Shown: positions 31,882 to 42,555 of the stretch, in pieces
Layout of the letters: each line of letters opens with the position of its first letter
Numbering within the stretch: position 1 is the stretch's first letter
Source of the DNA: an uncultured Candidatus Rokubacteria bacterium
Lineage (GTDB): Bacteria; Methylomirabilota; Methylomirabilia; Rokubacteriales; CSP1-6
DNA: 64,000 nt
NCBI GenBank assembly: GCA_963754315.1
Contig: CAVWFS010000011.1
Span: 192,001-256,000, forward strand
Direction: 5' to 3'
The notes under the pieces: generated by a model
What the model saw: only the letters and a program-made list of their open reading frames with translations
What the model was told of the DNA's origin: nothing
Database searches by the model: none
Program-made: the position numbers and the translations under genes

Positions 31882-32307
31882 ATGAAGTGGGTCACTCGTG
31901 AGCGAGCCCGTGTCGATCGCATCGCCTGCCCCTGGCTGATCACACGCTTCATCGACACGGATCCGACGTTCCTGTTCGTCCCGGCTCCGCAAGTGATGGC
32001 GGTGGCCGAGCGGGAAGGGGCCACCCCGTATGACGTCCCTAGCGTCCGGCTCGGACATCACGGCGAGCGCTGCTCGTTCGACGCGTTCCTGGATGAATAC
32101 AAGCTGGACGATCCGGCGCTCCAGGCCCTGGCGCCCATCGTGAGGGGAGCCGATACGGACGCCCGCACCCTCACACCGGAGTCGGCCGGCCTGTACGCGG
32201 CGGCGACAGGATTTCAGGCGATCACAAGGGACGATTTCGACAACATGGCCCGGCAATTTCCGATGTACGACGCGCTGTACGCCTACTGCCGCTCGGTCGT
32301 GCGGTAG
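31882..32307 (+). CDS. ChrF-like chromate resistance protein (ChrB C-terminal domain only)
   Basis: MKWVTRER..VDRIACPWLI.RFID, CSFDAFL, IVRGADT. Confidence 0.8.
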   Translation: MKWVTRERARVDRIACPWLITRFIDTDPTFLFVPAPQVMAVAEREGATPYDVPSVRLGHHGERCSFDAFLDEYKLDDPALQALAPIVRGADTDARTLTPESAGLYAAATGFQAITRDDFDNMARQFPMYDALYAYCRSVVR

Positions 32308-32554
32308 ACGGGAGGTCGGTTCGCCATGCTCGACTTGCTCGGCTATGTCGATCTCCCCGCGCATGCCAAGGCCGGCGGCACGCTGGCCCCGGGTGTCCCC
32401 ATCGAGCGTTGGGACGACGTGCCGGCGGTGAGCGAGAACTACCGCGCGGCGCGCGAGGTCATCGTGTCCCGGCTCCCGGCACTCCTGCAGACGGCGCACC
32501 CGCCCGCCGCACTCCCGCGGGGATAGGGAGCCGTGGGGTGGATAGGGAGCCGTG

Positions 32555-33114
32555 ATGAAAGACTCCGCGTCGCGTCACCCGCTCGTCGAGATTGGAGCGT
32601 CGTTCCTCACGATCGGGGCCCTGAGCTATGGCGGCCCCGCCATTATGGGCATCATGCAGGCCGAGATCCAGGAGAAGCGCCAGTGGGTCTCCAAAGAGCG
32701 CTTCGTGGAAGGGCTTGCTCTGGTCAACGCTCTGCCGGGGCCGGGTGCGGCGCAGCTGGCTCTCTTCCTTGGTCACGCGCGGGGCGGTGCCTGGGGAGCC
32801 ATCGCAGCTGGTCTCGGCTTCATCCTCCCCGCCTTCATCATCAGATCCCCGTCATGAATCGCGTGAAACGGGCCACGTGGGTCAGGGCCTTCATGCGGGG
32901 CGTGGGCCCGGCCGTGATCGGGGCCCTGGCGGCGTCGATGGCCGCCCTCCTTCCGCACGCGGCGCCCGATCCGTTTGCGCTGGTGCTCTTTGTGGCCGTC
33001 GTCGTCGTGCTCTTCCTGTGGCGCGTGAGACCCCTCCCACTGATGATCGCGGGTGGGGCGGTCGGCATCGCGCGGCGCGCCCTGCGGTTCGGCGACACCT
33101 ACCTGGTCCGATAG
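32555..33114 (+). pseudogene. Second chromate transporter with a large internal deletion
   Basis: SYGGPAIMG, LPGP N-terminal part joined at ~32842 to a C-terminal part in another frame. Confidence 0.7.
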
Positions 33115-33131
33115 GGGAGGGAGAGTTTCTG

Positions 33132-33812
33132 ATGGCGTCCTCCAGGGTGTCACGGCGAGGTGCCTTGAAAGCGGCGCTGGCGGGATGGGCCGGTTACACC
33201 CTTGGCGGGTCCCGGCCCTCCTGGGCAGCGTCATCGGAGATCACAGTGCCTAACAGTCTTCCAACAGAGCGTGTCGACTTCGAGATGACTGGTATAGAAG
33301 CATGGACGCACGTGACCGGGGAGTGGGCACTCGAAGAGATGGACGGGGCGCCCAGCGGCAAGCGCGTGCTCGTGCAACGGGCGACCAGAAACCCCTACAA
33401 CGTGATCGTGGCGCCGTTCGGGCCGTACACGGACGTCGACGTATCAATGAACTTCAAGCCGATCTCGGGCCGCGAGGATGCCTCCGGGGGGATCGTGTTC
33501 CGATTCGCCGATGGCAAGTACTACGTCGTTCGCGCCAATGCCCTCGAGGACAACTTCCGTCTTTATTACTACGACCGCGACCGCCGTCAGCTGGCGACCG
33601 CGAGCGTCAAGGCGCCGGCCCTCGGAAGGTGGCACACCGTCCGCGTGGCCGCGGTGGGTGACCACATTCAGGCCTGGCTCAACGGCACTCGCTACCTTGA
33701 TCAGCGCGATTCGCGGTTCCGGTCGGGTCGGGTGGGGCTGTGGACGAAGGCCGATTCGATCACCGCCTTCGATGACGTCACCGTACGCGGGGTGGCAGGA
33801 GGTGCTTCATGA
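33132..33812 (+). CDS. Tat-exported LamG/DUF1080-like beta-sandwich protein
   Basis: SRRGALK Tat signal; GGIVFR, YYVVRANALEDN, GRVGLWTKADS.T.FDD. Confidence 0.7.
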   Translation: MASSRVSRRGALKAALAGWAGYTLGGSRPSWAASSEITVPNSLPTERVDFEMTGIEAWTHVTGEWALEEMDGAPSGKRVLVQRATRNPYNVIVAPFGPYTDVDVSMNFKPISGREDASGGIVFRFADGKYYVVRANALEDNFRLYYYDRDRRQLATASVKAPALGRWHTVRVAAVGDHIQAWLNGTRYLDQRDSRFRSGRVGLWTKADSITAFDDVTVRGVAGGAS

Positions 33813-33953
33813 AAAGGTTCACCGTGCTGAGGATCGTCGGGATCGCGCTGATGGTCGGCACGACCGCGCTTGCACATGCCGCGGATCCGGACTGGCAGAC
33901 CAACAGCCAGAAGTAGGCGCGGGACGCGCGGCGCGGGCGGCCACGACGGGGTG

Positions 33954-35819
33954 ATGAGATCCAGCTTTCTCTGGAAGATGCGGCCGTACTTCCGGCAGGT
34001 GGCGGGCCAACTCGCGCTCGGCTCGCTGGCCGGTATCGTGATGAACACGGCGGTCGTCCTCCCGGCGATCTTGCTAGGGCGAGCCATCGATTCGGTATTG
34101 AACTTCGAGCGGGGGCAGGCGACCAGCGCTGACGTAGGGTGGGCGGCCCTCGCCTTCCTGGGTGGCACTCTCTTGACCGAAGTGCCCCGCATGAGCAAAC
34201 GGTGGTGGCTCATGACCGCCAATGCCCGCATCCGCGCCAACGTGCGAGCGGACGCCTTCCGGGGTGTGCTGGCGTGGTCCATGACCGATGTCCAGCGCAC
34301 CCCGGTAGGACACCTCATGGCGCGCATCGTTGGGGATGTGGAGGTGCTGGGGGTCGGGGTACGCGAGTTCACCATCGAGATGTGGGACACCGTGCTCTTT
34401 TCGCTGTCCTTCATCGTGGCAATGCTGGTGATCGATACGAGGCTGACCCTCCTGTCCCTTGTCCCCGTGCCGCTGGCCATGCTCCTCGCCCACGCCACCG
34501 GACGCTGGGTGGCGGGCCGTACTACCCGGGTTCGCGAGGCGAACGCCGACCTAACGGCGGCCCTCCAGGAGTACCTGAGCGGCGTCCGGGTGCTGCGCCT
34601 GTTCGGACGATCACCGGCGACGGTCCAGCGGGTGGCCGATCTCTCCCAGCGGCTGGCCCGGCGCAGTGTTCAGCTCGTCCGTCTCAAGGGAGGACTGCAA
34701 CCCCTCTACGCCACGATCATGACGAGCGGGGTCGTCCTCATCGTGTGGCAGGGCAGCGATCGGGTGATCGCGGGGGCGATGACGGTGGGCGCCTTCGTCG
34801 CGTACCTCGAGCTCTTTCTCCGGTTCGTCAACCGCGGTCATCGCATCCCTCAGCTGGTCAATTCACTCCAGAGCGGCGCCGCCGCCTACGCTCGTCTGCG
34901 ACCGCTACTCGCTCCGGCGCTACCGGTCGCGGGCGAACCTCGTCGGGCTTCCTTCCGGGCCGGACACCTGGCGGGCATCGCTCGGCGAACCGCGGCTGCG
35001 GCCGGTTGCACTGCTGGACCCGTTTCGCTATCAATGTGCAACGTCACGGTTCACTATCCCGGAGCCGAGAGACCGGCTCTGTGCGGGCTGAGCCTCGACA
35101 TTCCAGCCGGCGCGCTGGTGGCCGTGACTGGGCCGGTGGGATCTGGGAAGAGCGCCCTAGCTCGCGCGATGCTCGGCGTGCATGCGCTGACGTCGGGAAC
35201 GGTCCTCGTCGACGGCCACCCGCTCGCCGACGTCCTATCCACCACGCGCCACGGACTTGTCGGCTACTTGCCCCAGGACACGCGCCTGTTTTCTGGCTCG
35301 TTGCGGCAGAATATCGCCCTTGACCCGTCAGGCCTTCGCGGGGATGACGGCGCCCCCCTGCGGGCGATGCGCCTGGCCGCCCTCGAGGAGGACGTCGCGG
35401 GGTTCCCGTACGGACTCGACACCGAGGTTGGGGACTCGGGCATCCGCCTCTCCGGCGGCCAGCGCCAGCGCGTAGGGCTAGCCCGGGCCCTGGCGGCCCG
35501 CGGGCTGAACTCTCCGGCGCTCCTCGTTCTCGACGATCCCTTTTCCGCTCTGGATGTCAGCACCGAAGCGGCCATCGTCGCCTCGCTCCGGGACGCGTTC
35601 GGCCCGGGCGCTCTGCCGGAGCAGCGGGCCACCATCGTGCTGTGCTCCCACCGCCTGGCCGGCTTCCCGTATGCCGACAGGGTGGTCGTCCTCGAGCACG
35701 GTATCGTGGTGGAAACGGGCACGCACGCCAGCCTCATCGCGGCCAATGGTCTCTACGCCCGGATCTACCGGGCGCAGGCGATCGCCGAGTCCACGGCAGT
35801 GGCGCCGGCCCTTCGATGA
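33954..35819 (+). CDS. ABC exporter, fused permease/ATPase subunit
   Basis: TM domain; GPVGSGKS, LSGGQRQR, LDDPFSALD. Confidence 0.9.
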   Translation: MRSSFLWKMRPYFRQVAGQLALGSLAGIVMNTAVVLPAILLGRAIDSVLNFERGQATSADVGWAALAFLGGTLLTEVPRMSKRWWLMTANARIRANVRADAFRGVLAWSMTDVQRTPVGHLMARIVGDVEVLGVGVREFTIEMWDTVLFSLSFIVAMLVIDTRLTLLSLVPVPLAMLLAHATGRWVAGRTTRVREANADLTAALQEYLSGVRVLRLFGRSPATVQRVADLSQRLARRSVQLVRLKGGLQPLYATIMTSGVVLIVWQGSDRVIAGAMTVGAFVAYLELFLRFVNRGHRIPQLVNSLQSGAAAYARLRPLLAPALPVAGEPRRASFRAGHLAGIARRTAAAAGCTAGPVSLSMCNVTVHYPGAERPALCGLSLDIPAGALVAVTGPVGSGKSALARAMLGVHALTSGTVLVDGHPLADVLSTTRHGLVGYLPQDTRLFSGSLRQNIALDPSGLRGDDGAPLRAMRLAALEEDVAGFPYGLDTEVGDSGIRLSGGQRQRVGLARALAARGLNSPALLVLDDPFSALDVSTEAAIVASLRDAFGPGALPEQRATIVLCSHRLAGFPYADRVVVLEHGIVVETGTHASLIAANGLYARIYRAQAIAESTAVAPALR

Positions 35820-37652
35820 TCGGGCTCGTGGCCGACGATCAGGGAAGCCCGCACATCCGCACGCCGGTGGTGCGCAATCTGCTGAGTCTGCTGGCCCAGC
35901 AGCGGGTCCGCGCGACGTTGATCGGGTTCCTGGTTCTGGCCGCAGCCGCCTTCGAGCTCGCCCCGCCGCTCATCGTTCGCACGATCGTGGATCGCCATCT
36001 CACCGTCGGGAACGCCGAGGGCGTGCTCGCGCTCGCCCTGCTCTACTTGCTGGCCGTGGTCGCCATGCAGGCGGCGACCTTTCTGTACGGGTATCTTGCC
36101 GCCACCGGCGCCCAACGAATGCTCGAGCGACTTGCGCACCCGGCTCTTCGCGCATCTGCAACGCTTGCCGACCAGCTACTTCGATCGCACCCCCCTCGGC
36201 GACATGATCAGCCGCTGCACGGCCGACATCGACACCCTCGACACCGTCTTCACCTCGGGAGTGGCCGTGCTCCTGGCCAATCTGGTACGACTGAGCACCA
36301 TCGTGGCGGCCATGGTCGCCCTCAGTCCGATGCTGAGCCTCGTGGCTGCTCTGATCACCGCCCCCCTGGTTCTCGTCACGCATGTCCTGCAGCGGCGAGT
36401 GCGGGAGGCGGAACGTGAGAATCGGGCCGCGGTCGGGTTGATCAACACACGCTTGCAGGAAGACCTGCGAAGCATCGAAGTGATCCGCGTCTTTGGCCGT
36501 GAACCAGAGTTTGTGGCGGGGTTCCGGCGAGTGCTCAGCCGGGGTCTGGCCGCCTACAACCGGGCAACGTTTTACGCGGCCCTGTACCCTCCCACGGTCG
36601 CGATTCTCTCCGCCCTCGCGGTGACGACCCTCCTGGGGCTCGGCACCCAGCCGGCCTTCGGCGCCACGAGTATCTCCCTGGGAACCCTGACGGCGTTCCT
36701 GCTGCTCCTGCAGCGTTTTTTCCAGCCCATCACGGCCCTTGGCGAAGAATGGCAGACCGTGCAGGGCGCAATGGCAGGCGCGGAACGGATCTTCGGCACG
36801 CTGGCGCTGGCCGGGGACGACCCCGGCCAACGCGCGCCCGCGCACGCCGCCGCCGAAACGCCTGCGCGCGCCGCCGATCGCTCGTCGTGGCCGGTCGTGA
36901 TGGATCGCGTCCAGTTCGGCTACGGGCCAGGGCAGCCCGTTCTGCGCGACCTGTCCTTGCAGGTGAGGCCCGGCGAACACGTCGCGCTGGTCGGCCGTAC
37001 CGGCGCCGGCAAGACCACCGCCCTTCACCTGCTGGCGGGACTGTACCGACCGTGGGCTGGGACCGTCGTGGTGGGGGGGTGCGATCCCGTCGCGCTTGAT
37101 GAGGCCGAGCGCAGCCGGGTCCTCGGCGTGGTTCCGCAGGTAGTCCAGCTGTTCTCCGGCACCGTGGTCGACAACCTCACCCTGGGCGACACGTCGGTGC
37201 CCGACGACGCTGTGATCGAAGCGGCCAGGATCGCGGGGGTGGACGCGTTCATTCGAATGCTGCCAGACGGATACCGGACCATGCTCAGCGGGAGCGGAGG
37301 TGGCACGGGCGCACGCCTCTCGGCCGGGCAGGAACAACTACTGGCGCTTGCCCGCGCTCTGGTGCATCGCCCCACCGTGTTGCTTCTGGACGAGGCAACC
37401 GCGGCCGTCGACAACGCGAGCGACGCGGCGTTCCGGGCGGCCCTTCGAGAGCGGGTGCTCCCGCGAGGCTGCGCCGTAGTGACGGTGGCGCACAGGCTGA
37501 CCACCGCCCTCGAAGCCGATCGCGTGATTGTCCTCGATAAGGGGCGAATCGTGGAGGAGGGTGCGCCAGCGGCGCTCGTCGCTAGTCAGGGGCGCTTCGC
37601 AGCGTTGCTGGATCTTGAGACGGCCGGTTGGGAGTGGCGCGATAGCGCGTAG
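35816..37652 (+). CDS. ABC exporter, second permease/ATPase subunit (frameshift ~36110)
   Basis: GRTGAGKT, LSAGQEQ, LLDEAT, AHRL. Confidence 0.85.
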
Positions 37653-37680
37653 CAAGGGTGGTTGTGGAGGCCACAAGACT

Positions 37681-38265
37681 ATGGATGCGATGGCGCTTCT
37701 CCGAATGCGATACTCGGCGTCGAGGCTCGGTGAGCCTCCGCCGTCAGCCCAGGCCATCCAGGCGATGCTCGAGAGTGCCGCTCGGGTCCCGGATCACGGT
37801 CGGCTCCAACCCTGGCGGCTCATCCTCATCGAGGGGGATGCTCGCCTCGCCCTCGGCGAGGTTCTGGCTGAGGGATTGTCCCGCCGGAACCCGCTCGCGG
37901 GCGACGAGGCGCTTGGGCGAGAACGGGCCAAGGCGCTGCGCGCACCGCTCATCATCGTGGTCGCGACACGCTGCGACCGATCCGCGAAGATCCCCGTCAT
38001 CGAGCAGATCGTGTCGGCCGGTGCGGCCGCTCACAGCATCATGCTCGCCGCCTTTGCCCAGGGACTCGGTGCCATGTGGAGAACCGGCGAGCCTGCCTAC
38101 GACGAGATGGTGAAGAGTGCGTTGGGCGTCGAACCGGACGACGTCATTGTCGGCTTCATCTACGTAGGGACAGATGTAGGCAGCCCCCCGTCCCGCGCCG
38201 AGCGAACACCCGATGAGTTCACCCACTACTGGCCTGGCGGCTCTCCGAAGCCGCCAGTCGCCTAG
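37681..38265 (+). CDS. Nitroreductase family protein (YdjA-like)
   Basis: R.S, PDHGRLQPW, GAMWRTG, GFIYVG. Confidence 0.85.
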   Translation: MDAMALLRMRYSASRLGEPPPSAQAIQAMLESAARVPDHGRLQPWRLILIEGDARLALGEVLAEGLSRRNPLAGDEALGRERAKALRAPLIIVVATRCDRSAKIPVIEQIVSAGAAAHSIMLAAFAQGLGAMWRTGEPAYDEMVKSALGVEPDDVIVGFIYVGTDVGSPPSRAERTPDEFTHYWPGGSPKPPVA

Positions 38266-38277
38266 GATGGGCCGCCC

Positions 38278-41200
38278 GTGCAGTGCCCGCGGTGCCGGGC
38301 CGAGAACCGTGGCGCTCGGCGCTTCTGCGGCGAGTGCGGGCTGTCATTCTCCCCCTCGACGTGCCCAGCGTGCGGGTTCCTGAACGAGGGCAGTGAGAAG
38401 TTCTGTGGCGGATGTGGCCGATCCGTCACCTCACCCACGGCCAGCGCGGACCCGAAGTTCCAGTCGCCCGAGGCCTACACGCCGAAGCATCTGGCCGAGA
38501 GGATCATCGGCTCGAGAAGCGCGCTGGAAGGTGAACGCAAGCAGGTTACCGTGCTGTTTGCAGATCTCAAGGGCTCGATGGAGCTGCTGGCCGATCGCGA
38601 CCCCGAGGAGGCGCGCAGGCTTCTCGATCCGGTCGTCGAGCGCATGATGGAGGCGGTTCATCGCTACGAAGGGACGGTGAACCAGGTGATGGGCGACGGG
38701 ATCATGGCGCTGTTCGGGGCGCCCGTCGCCCACGAGGATCACGCCGTGCGCGCCTGCTACGCCGCCTTGCGCATGCAGGACCTGGTGAAGGGCTACGCCG
38801 AAGGGGTGTTCCGCACTCACGGCATCACCGTCAGGATCCGCGTGGGGTTGAACTCCGGAGAGGTTGTGGTCCGCTCCATCCGCTCGGACCTCCGCATGGA
38901 CTACACGGCTGTCGGCCAGACGACGCACCTGGCTGCTCGCATGGAGCAGCTCGCTCCGCCGGGCGACATTTGGATCACGGCCTCGACCCTTCGCCTCGCC
39001 GAGACCTTCGTGCAGGTCCAGCCGCTCGGCGCTGTCCCGGTGCAGGGTCTCGACGCGCCTATCGACGTGTACGAGGTGATCGCGCCGGGCCAGGTGAGGA
39101 CCAGGTTTCAAGCCTCCGCCCTGCGGGGCCTGAGTCGTTTTGTCGGGCGTGATGCCGAGCTGGAGCAGCTGCACACCGCGCTCGAAGCGGCGCGGCGCTG
39201 CGGTGGCGAGGTCGTGGCCGTCGTGGGCGAACCGGGCATCGGCAAGTCTCGCCTGTTCCACGAGCTGATTCACTCCTACCGGATCGCCGGGTGCCGGATC
39301 CTGCAGGCCAGCGGCGTCTCTTATGGCCGGGCCGCCAGCTATCTCCCCGTCGTCGATCTCCTGAAAGCGTATTTCCGTATCGACGCGCGGGACGACGTCC
39401 GCTCGATTCGCGCGAAGGCGACCGGGCATCTCCTCACCCTTGCCGAGACACTCAAGGATCTGGTCCCGCCGATTCTCTGGCTGCTCGACGCTCTGCCTGA
39501 GGACGATGGCCTCCGAGACCTCGAGCCTCCCCAGCGTCGGCAGCTCACGCTCGATGCCGTGAAGCGGCTGTTCCTCCGCGAGAGCCAGGTCCAGCCTCTC
39601 GTCCTGGTGCTGGAGGACCTCCACTGGATCGACCCGGAGACGCAAGCCCTGCTCGACAGCTTGGTGGAGAGCATTCCCGCGGCACCGGTCCTGCTCCTCG
39701 TCAACTATCGCCCCGAGTACCGCCACCGCTGGACCGGCAAAACCTACTATCGTCAGCTCCGGATCGATCCGTTGCCGCCCGCGAGCGCCGAGACCTTGCT
39801 CCAGGCCCTGGTAGGTGACGACGCCGAGCTCGTCCCGTTCAAGCGTCTGCTCATCGAACGGACAGAGGGCAACCCGTTCTTCCTCGAGGAAAGCGTCCGC
39901 AGCCTGGTCGAAACTGGGGTTCTTGCCGGGGAACGCGGGGCATACCGCCTGATCAAGGATCCCCGGACGATCCAGGTTCCCGCGACAGTGCAGGCGCTCC
40001 TGGCCGGACGCATCGACCGGCTCTCGCCAGAGGGAAAGCGCCTCCTCCAGGCCGCCTCGGTCATCGGCACGGATGTGCCGTTCACCCTGCTCCAGGCGGC
40101 CGTCGAAGACGACGAGGGTCTTGAGCGCGGGCTGGCGCACCTGACGGAGGCGGAATTCCTCTATGAGGCGCGGCTCTACCCGGAGCTGGAGTACACGTTC
40201 AAGCATGCGCTGACGCACGACGTCGCCTACGCGAGCCTCGTGCATGAGCGCCGGCGCGCGCTGCATCTGCGAGTCCTGGAGGCGCTGGAGCGCCGGCAAG
40301 CCGACCAGCCTACGGAGGAGGTTGAGCCTCTCGCTCGCCACGCGCTCGGCGCGGAGGCATGGGACAAGGCCGCCCAGTACCTCCGGCAGGCCGGACGACG
40401 GTCGATTGGGCGGTCCGCGTATGCCGCCGCGGCCGAGTTGCTTCGCGAGGCACTCCGGGTGCTCGAGCGGCTGCCTGCGACACACGAGAACCTCGCACAG
40501 GCGATCGACACTAGACTCGAGCTGCGTATCGCGCTCGTCCCGCTCGGGCGATACCATGACGCGCTGGCCGTCATGCGCGATGCCGAGGGCCTGGCGACCA
40601 GGCTCGGCGATCGCGGCCGCCTGGGCCGGGTTCTCGCTGATATCTGTGCGCGGCTGAGAAACGTCACCGGCGAGCACCTTCGGGCGATCGAGGTCGGACA
40701 GCGCGCCCTCGCGATCGCCGTCGAGAGTGGCGACCGGGCGCTCGAGCTCGAGACCCTCTACCGCACCGGCCAGGCCTATTTCGCGATCGGCAACTATCGC
40801 CGGGCCCTCGACTTGCTGTCCCCATGCGCGGAGGGCGCGGCCGAGGGCCGCCGTGCGCTCTCTCCACTCTTCGCGTCATGGTCACGTACCTGGCTTGCCC
40901 TGACCCTGGCAAGCCTGGGGCGATTCAACGAGGCAAGCTCCCGCGCCCAGGAGGCTCTCAGAATCGCGGAGGTAGCTGACCATCCCTTCACGCTTGCCGA
41001 GGCCCTGTCTGGTGTCGGGAGCGTCTCGCTCGCGCAGGGGAACGTCGGCGAGGCCGTCGCAGTATTGGAGCGCGCCCACGCCCTCGTCCGCGCGTGGGAC
41101 CATCGGCCCTCGGCAGTCCTCGCTCGCCTCGGACATGCCCTGTCGCTCTTCGGGCGTCCGCTTGAGGCGCGGGAGCTTCTCGAGGAAGTGGCACGGTCAG

Positions 41201-41640
41201 CGACCACCATGAGCTCGATGGGCGTGGGGCGTGCCCTGCAGCTCGCGTGGCTCGGCGAGGCTCACTTGCGCGAGGGCCGCCTCGACGAGGCTCGCCAGCG
41301 CGCGCAGGAGGCCGTGTCCCTGGCGCAGCAGCACCAAGAGCGCGGTCACGAGGCGTGGGCCGCCCACCTGCTCGGCGCCATCCTCGCCCGGCACGCTGGT
41401 GCCGATCTCGAGATGGCGGAGCGTCACTACCGCGCCGCTCTGGCATTGGCCGACGAGCTTGGCATGCGTCCGCTCGTCGCCCACTGCCATCTTGATCTCG
41501 GTAAGCTCTTCCGGAAGGCCGGTCGCCCGGAGCGCGCTCGAGAACACCTGATGATGGCGGTGACGCTGTATCGCGAGATGGACATGCGAGTCTGGCAAGA
41601 TCAGGCGGACAGGGAACTGCGGCAGCTGGCCTCAGAGTAG
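38278..41640 (+). CDS. Double zinc-ribbon, class III adenylate/guanylate cyclase, AAA ATPase and TPR protein
   Basis: CPRC/CGEC/CPAC/CGGC; VLFADLKGS, GDGIMALFGAP; GEPGIGKS; EDLHW; TPR-like tail. Confidence 0.9.
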   Translation: MQCPRCRAENRGARRFCGECGLSFSPSTCPACGFLNEGSEKFCGGCGRSVTSPTASADPKFQSPEAYTPKHLAERIIGSRSALEGERKQVTVLFADLKGSMELLADRDPEEARRLLDPVVERMMEAVHRYEGTVNQVMGDGIMALFGAPVAHEDHAVRACYAALRMQDLVKGYAEGVFRTHGITVRIRVGLNSGEVVVRSIRSDLRMDYTAVGQTTHLAARMEQLAPPGDIWITASTLRLAETFVQVQPLGAVPVQGLDAPIDVYEVIAPGQVRTRFQASALRGLSRFVGRDAELEQLHTALEAARRCGGEVVAVVGEPGIGKSRLFHELIHSYRIAGCRILQASGVSYGRAASYLPVVDLLKAYFRIDARDDVRSIRAKATGHLLTLAETLKDLVPPILWLLDALPEDDGLRDLEPPQRRQLTLDAVKRLFLRESQVQPLVLVLEDLHWIDPETQALLDSLVESIPAAPVLLLVNYRPEYRHRWTGKTYYRQLRIDPLPPASAETLLQALVGDDAELVPFKRLLIERTEGNPFFLEESVRSLVETGVLAGERGAYRLIKDPRTIQVPATVQALLAGRIDRLSPEGKRLLQAASVIGTDVPFTLLQAAVEDDEGLERGLAHLTEAEFLYEARLYPELEYTFKHALTHDVAYASLVHERRRALHLRVLEALERRQADQPTEEVEPLARHALGAEAWDKAAQYLRQAGRRSIGRSAYAAAAELLREALRVLERLPATHENLAQAIDTRLELRIALVPLGRYHDALAVMRDAEGLATRLGDRGRLGRVLADICARLRNVTGEHLRAIEVGQRALAIAVESGDRALELETLYRTGQAYFAIGNYRRALDLLSPCAEGAAEGRRALSPLFASWSRTWLALTLASLGRFNEASSRAQEALRIAEVADHPFTLAEALSGVGSVSLAQGNVGEAVAVLERAHALVRAWDHRPSAVLARLGHALSLFGRPLEARELLEEVARSATTMSSMGVGRALQLAWLGEAHLREGRLDEARQRAQEAVSLAQQHQERGHEAWAAHLLGAILARHAGADLEMAERHYRAALALADELGMRPLVAHCHLDLGKLFRKAGRPERAREHLMMAVTLYREMDMRVWQDQADRELRQLASE

Positions 41641-41711
41641 CGCCGCTCAGCGTCCGGGCAGCCACGACCGCGCCCTTTCGCGGCCGCAGCGGACGTCGTC
41701 GAAGGTGCTAT

Positions 41712-41910
41712 CGCCATCGCCCGCACACGATCAGCGGGCGTGACCAAGCCGGCGCGCCGTTTCTTGCGTCCGACCTGGAGTGCGGGGTTGGCCTCGATCA
41801 GCTCGTCATCCACCGCGTCGGTGAGCATGGATGAGAGTGCGGCCTTCATGAGCCGCACCCCGTTGGGGGTGTACCCGTTGGCTCGCTTTGCATTCAGCAG
41901 CGCTTTCACA
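41712..41910 (-). pseudogene. Tyrosine integrase core-binding domain fragment
   Basis: ALL..KR...Y..N.VRLM.A.LS.ML.DAV.D..I..NPA, similar to the integrase at 6424-7729. Confidence 0.65.
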
Positions 41911-42100
41911 TCACGCCGGTGGGCGGCTGGCGAGGGAGCCAGTGTTCGGTCTGCAGAACCTCGCCCGCGAGCGGGGATTCTACCTCGTCATCGTCGATGA
42001 ACACCTCTGTGAGTGCCGGCCGGTGGCCCAGGTGTTAGATGGGATTCCGCGTCACGGCGGCCGGAAATGCGTCTAACACCCGGGACCCCGCCGCCGGGGA

Positions 42101-42262
42101 TCAGTGTGTGAAATTTAGGTCCTGGATCGCGACTTTGCCCGTACCCATCCCTCCACCACCACTGCCGCCGCCCTTGACATTCGTGGCCTTCGGGCCCACC
42201 GGCAGATCTCCCACCTTCTTCGCCTTGTTCTGCTTCGAGCGTTTCTGGCTCTTCTTGGCCAT
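42101..42262 (-). CDS. 53-aa peptide: basic DL...VKGG leader plus Hcp-like core GSGGGGMGTGKVAIQDLNFTH
   Basis: RBS AGGAGGAGGACGAC-ATG; 29/32 leader residues identical to the 12695 peptide. Confidence 0.8.
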   Translation of the reverse strand: MAKKSQKRSKQNKAKKVGDLPVGPKATNVKGGGSGGGGMGTGKVAIQDLNFTH

Positions 42263-42307
42263 GTCGTCCTCCTCCTGCTCTGAGTTGGCCGCTACTCGCG
42301 AGGTGGC

Positions 42308-42322
42308 GCAATGCCGGTGCCA
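42308..42322 (-). promoter_or_regulatory. Consensus sigma54 promoter TGGCAC-CGGCA-TTGC
   Basis: Exact TGGCAC-N5-TTGC, ~46 nt upstream of the peptide ATG. Confidence 0.7.
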
Positions 42323-42555
42323 GCCCGAAACTTCCGGTAGATTCAGATTTTGCGCTCGGCACGACTGTCGGGCTGGTCGCGTTCCGGGGCCAGATGGTCC
42401 AGACAGTCCCATTTCGGTACCGCGCAACGACTACTTCGAGAGCTTCAATGTCTGCATCTGATGGCTACCTCCTGGGCGACCAACCGCTTCCCCCGCCGTT
42501 CGGCGTCCGCGCCGTCGGTGGCGCGCCGTCGCGCGCGGGCCCGCTGGTTTACGGG

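Noticed and set aside
33954..37652. ABC exporter pair as the dedicated transporter for the GG-leader peptides
   Set aside because: Neither subunit shows an N-terminal C39 peptidase domain and neither is adjacent to a peptide gene.
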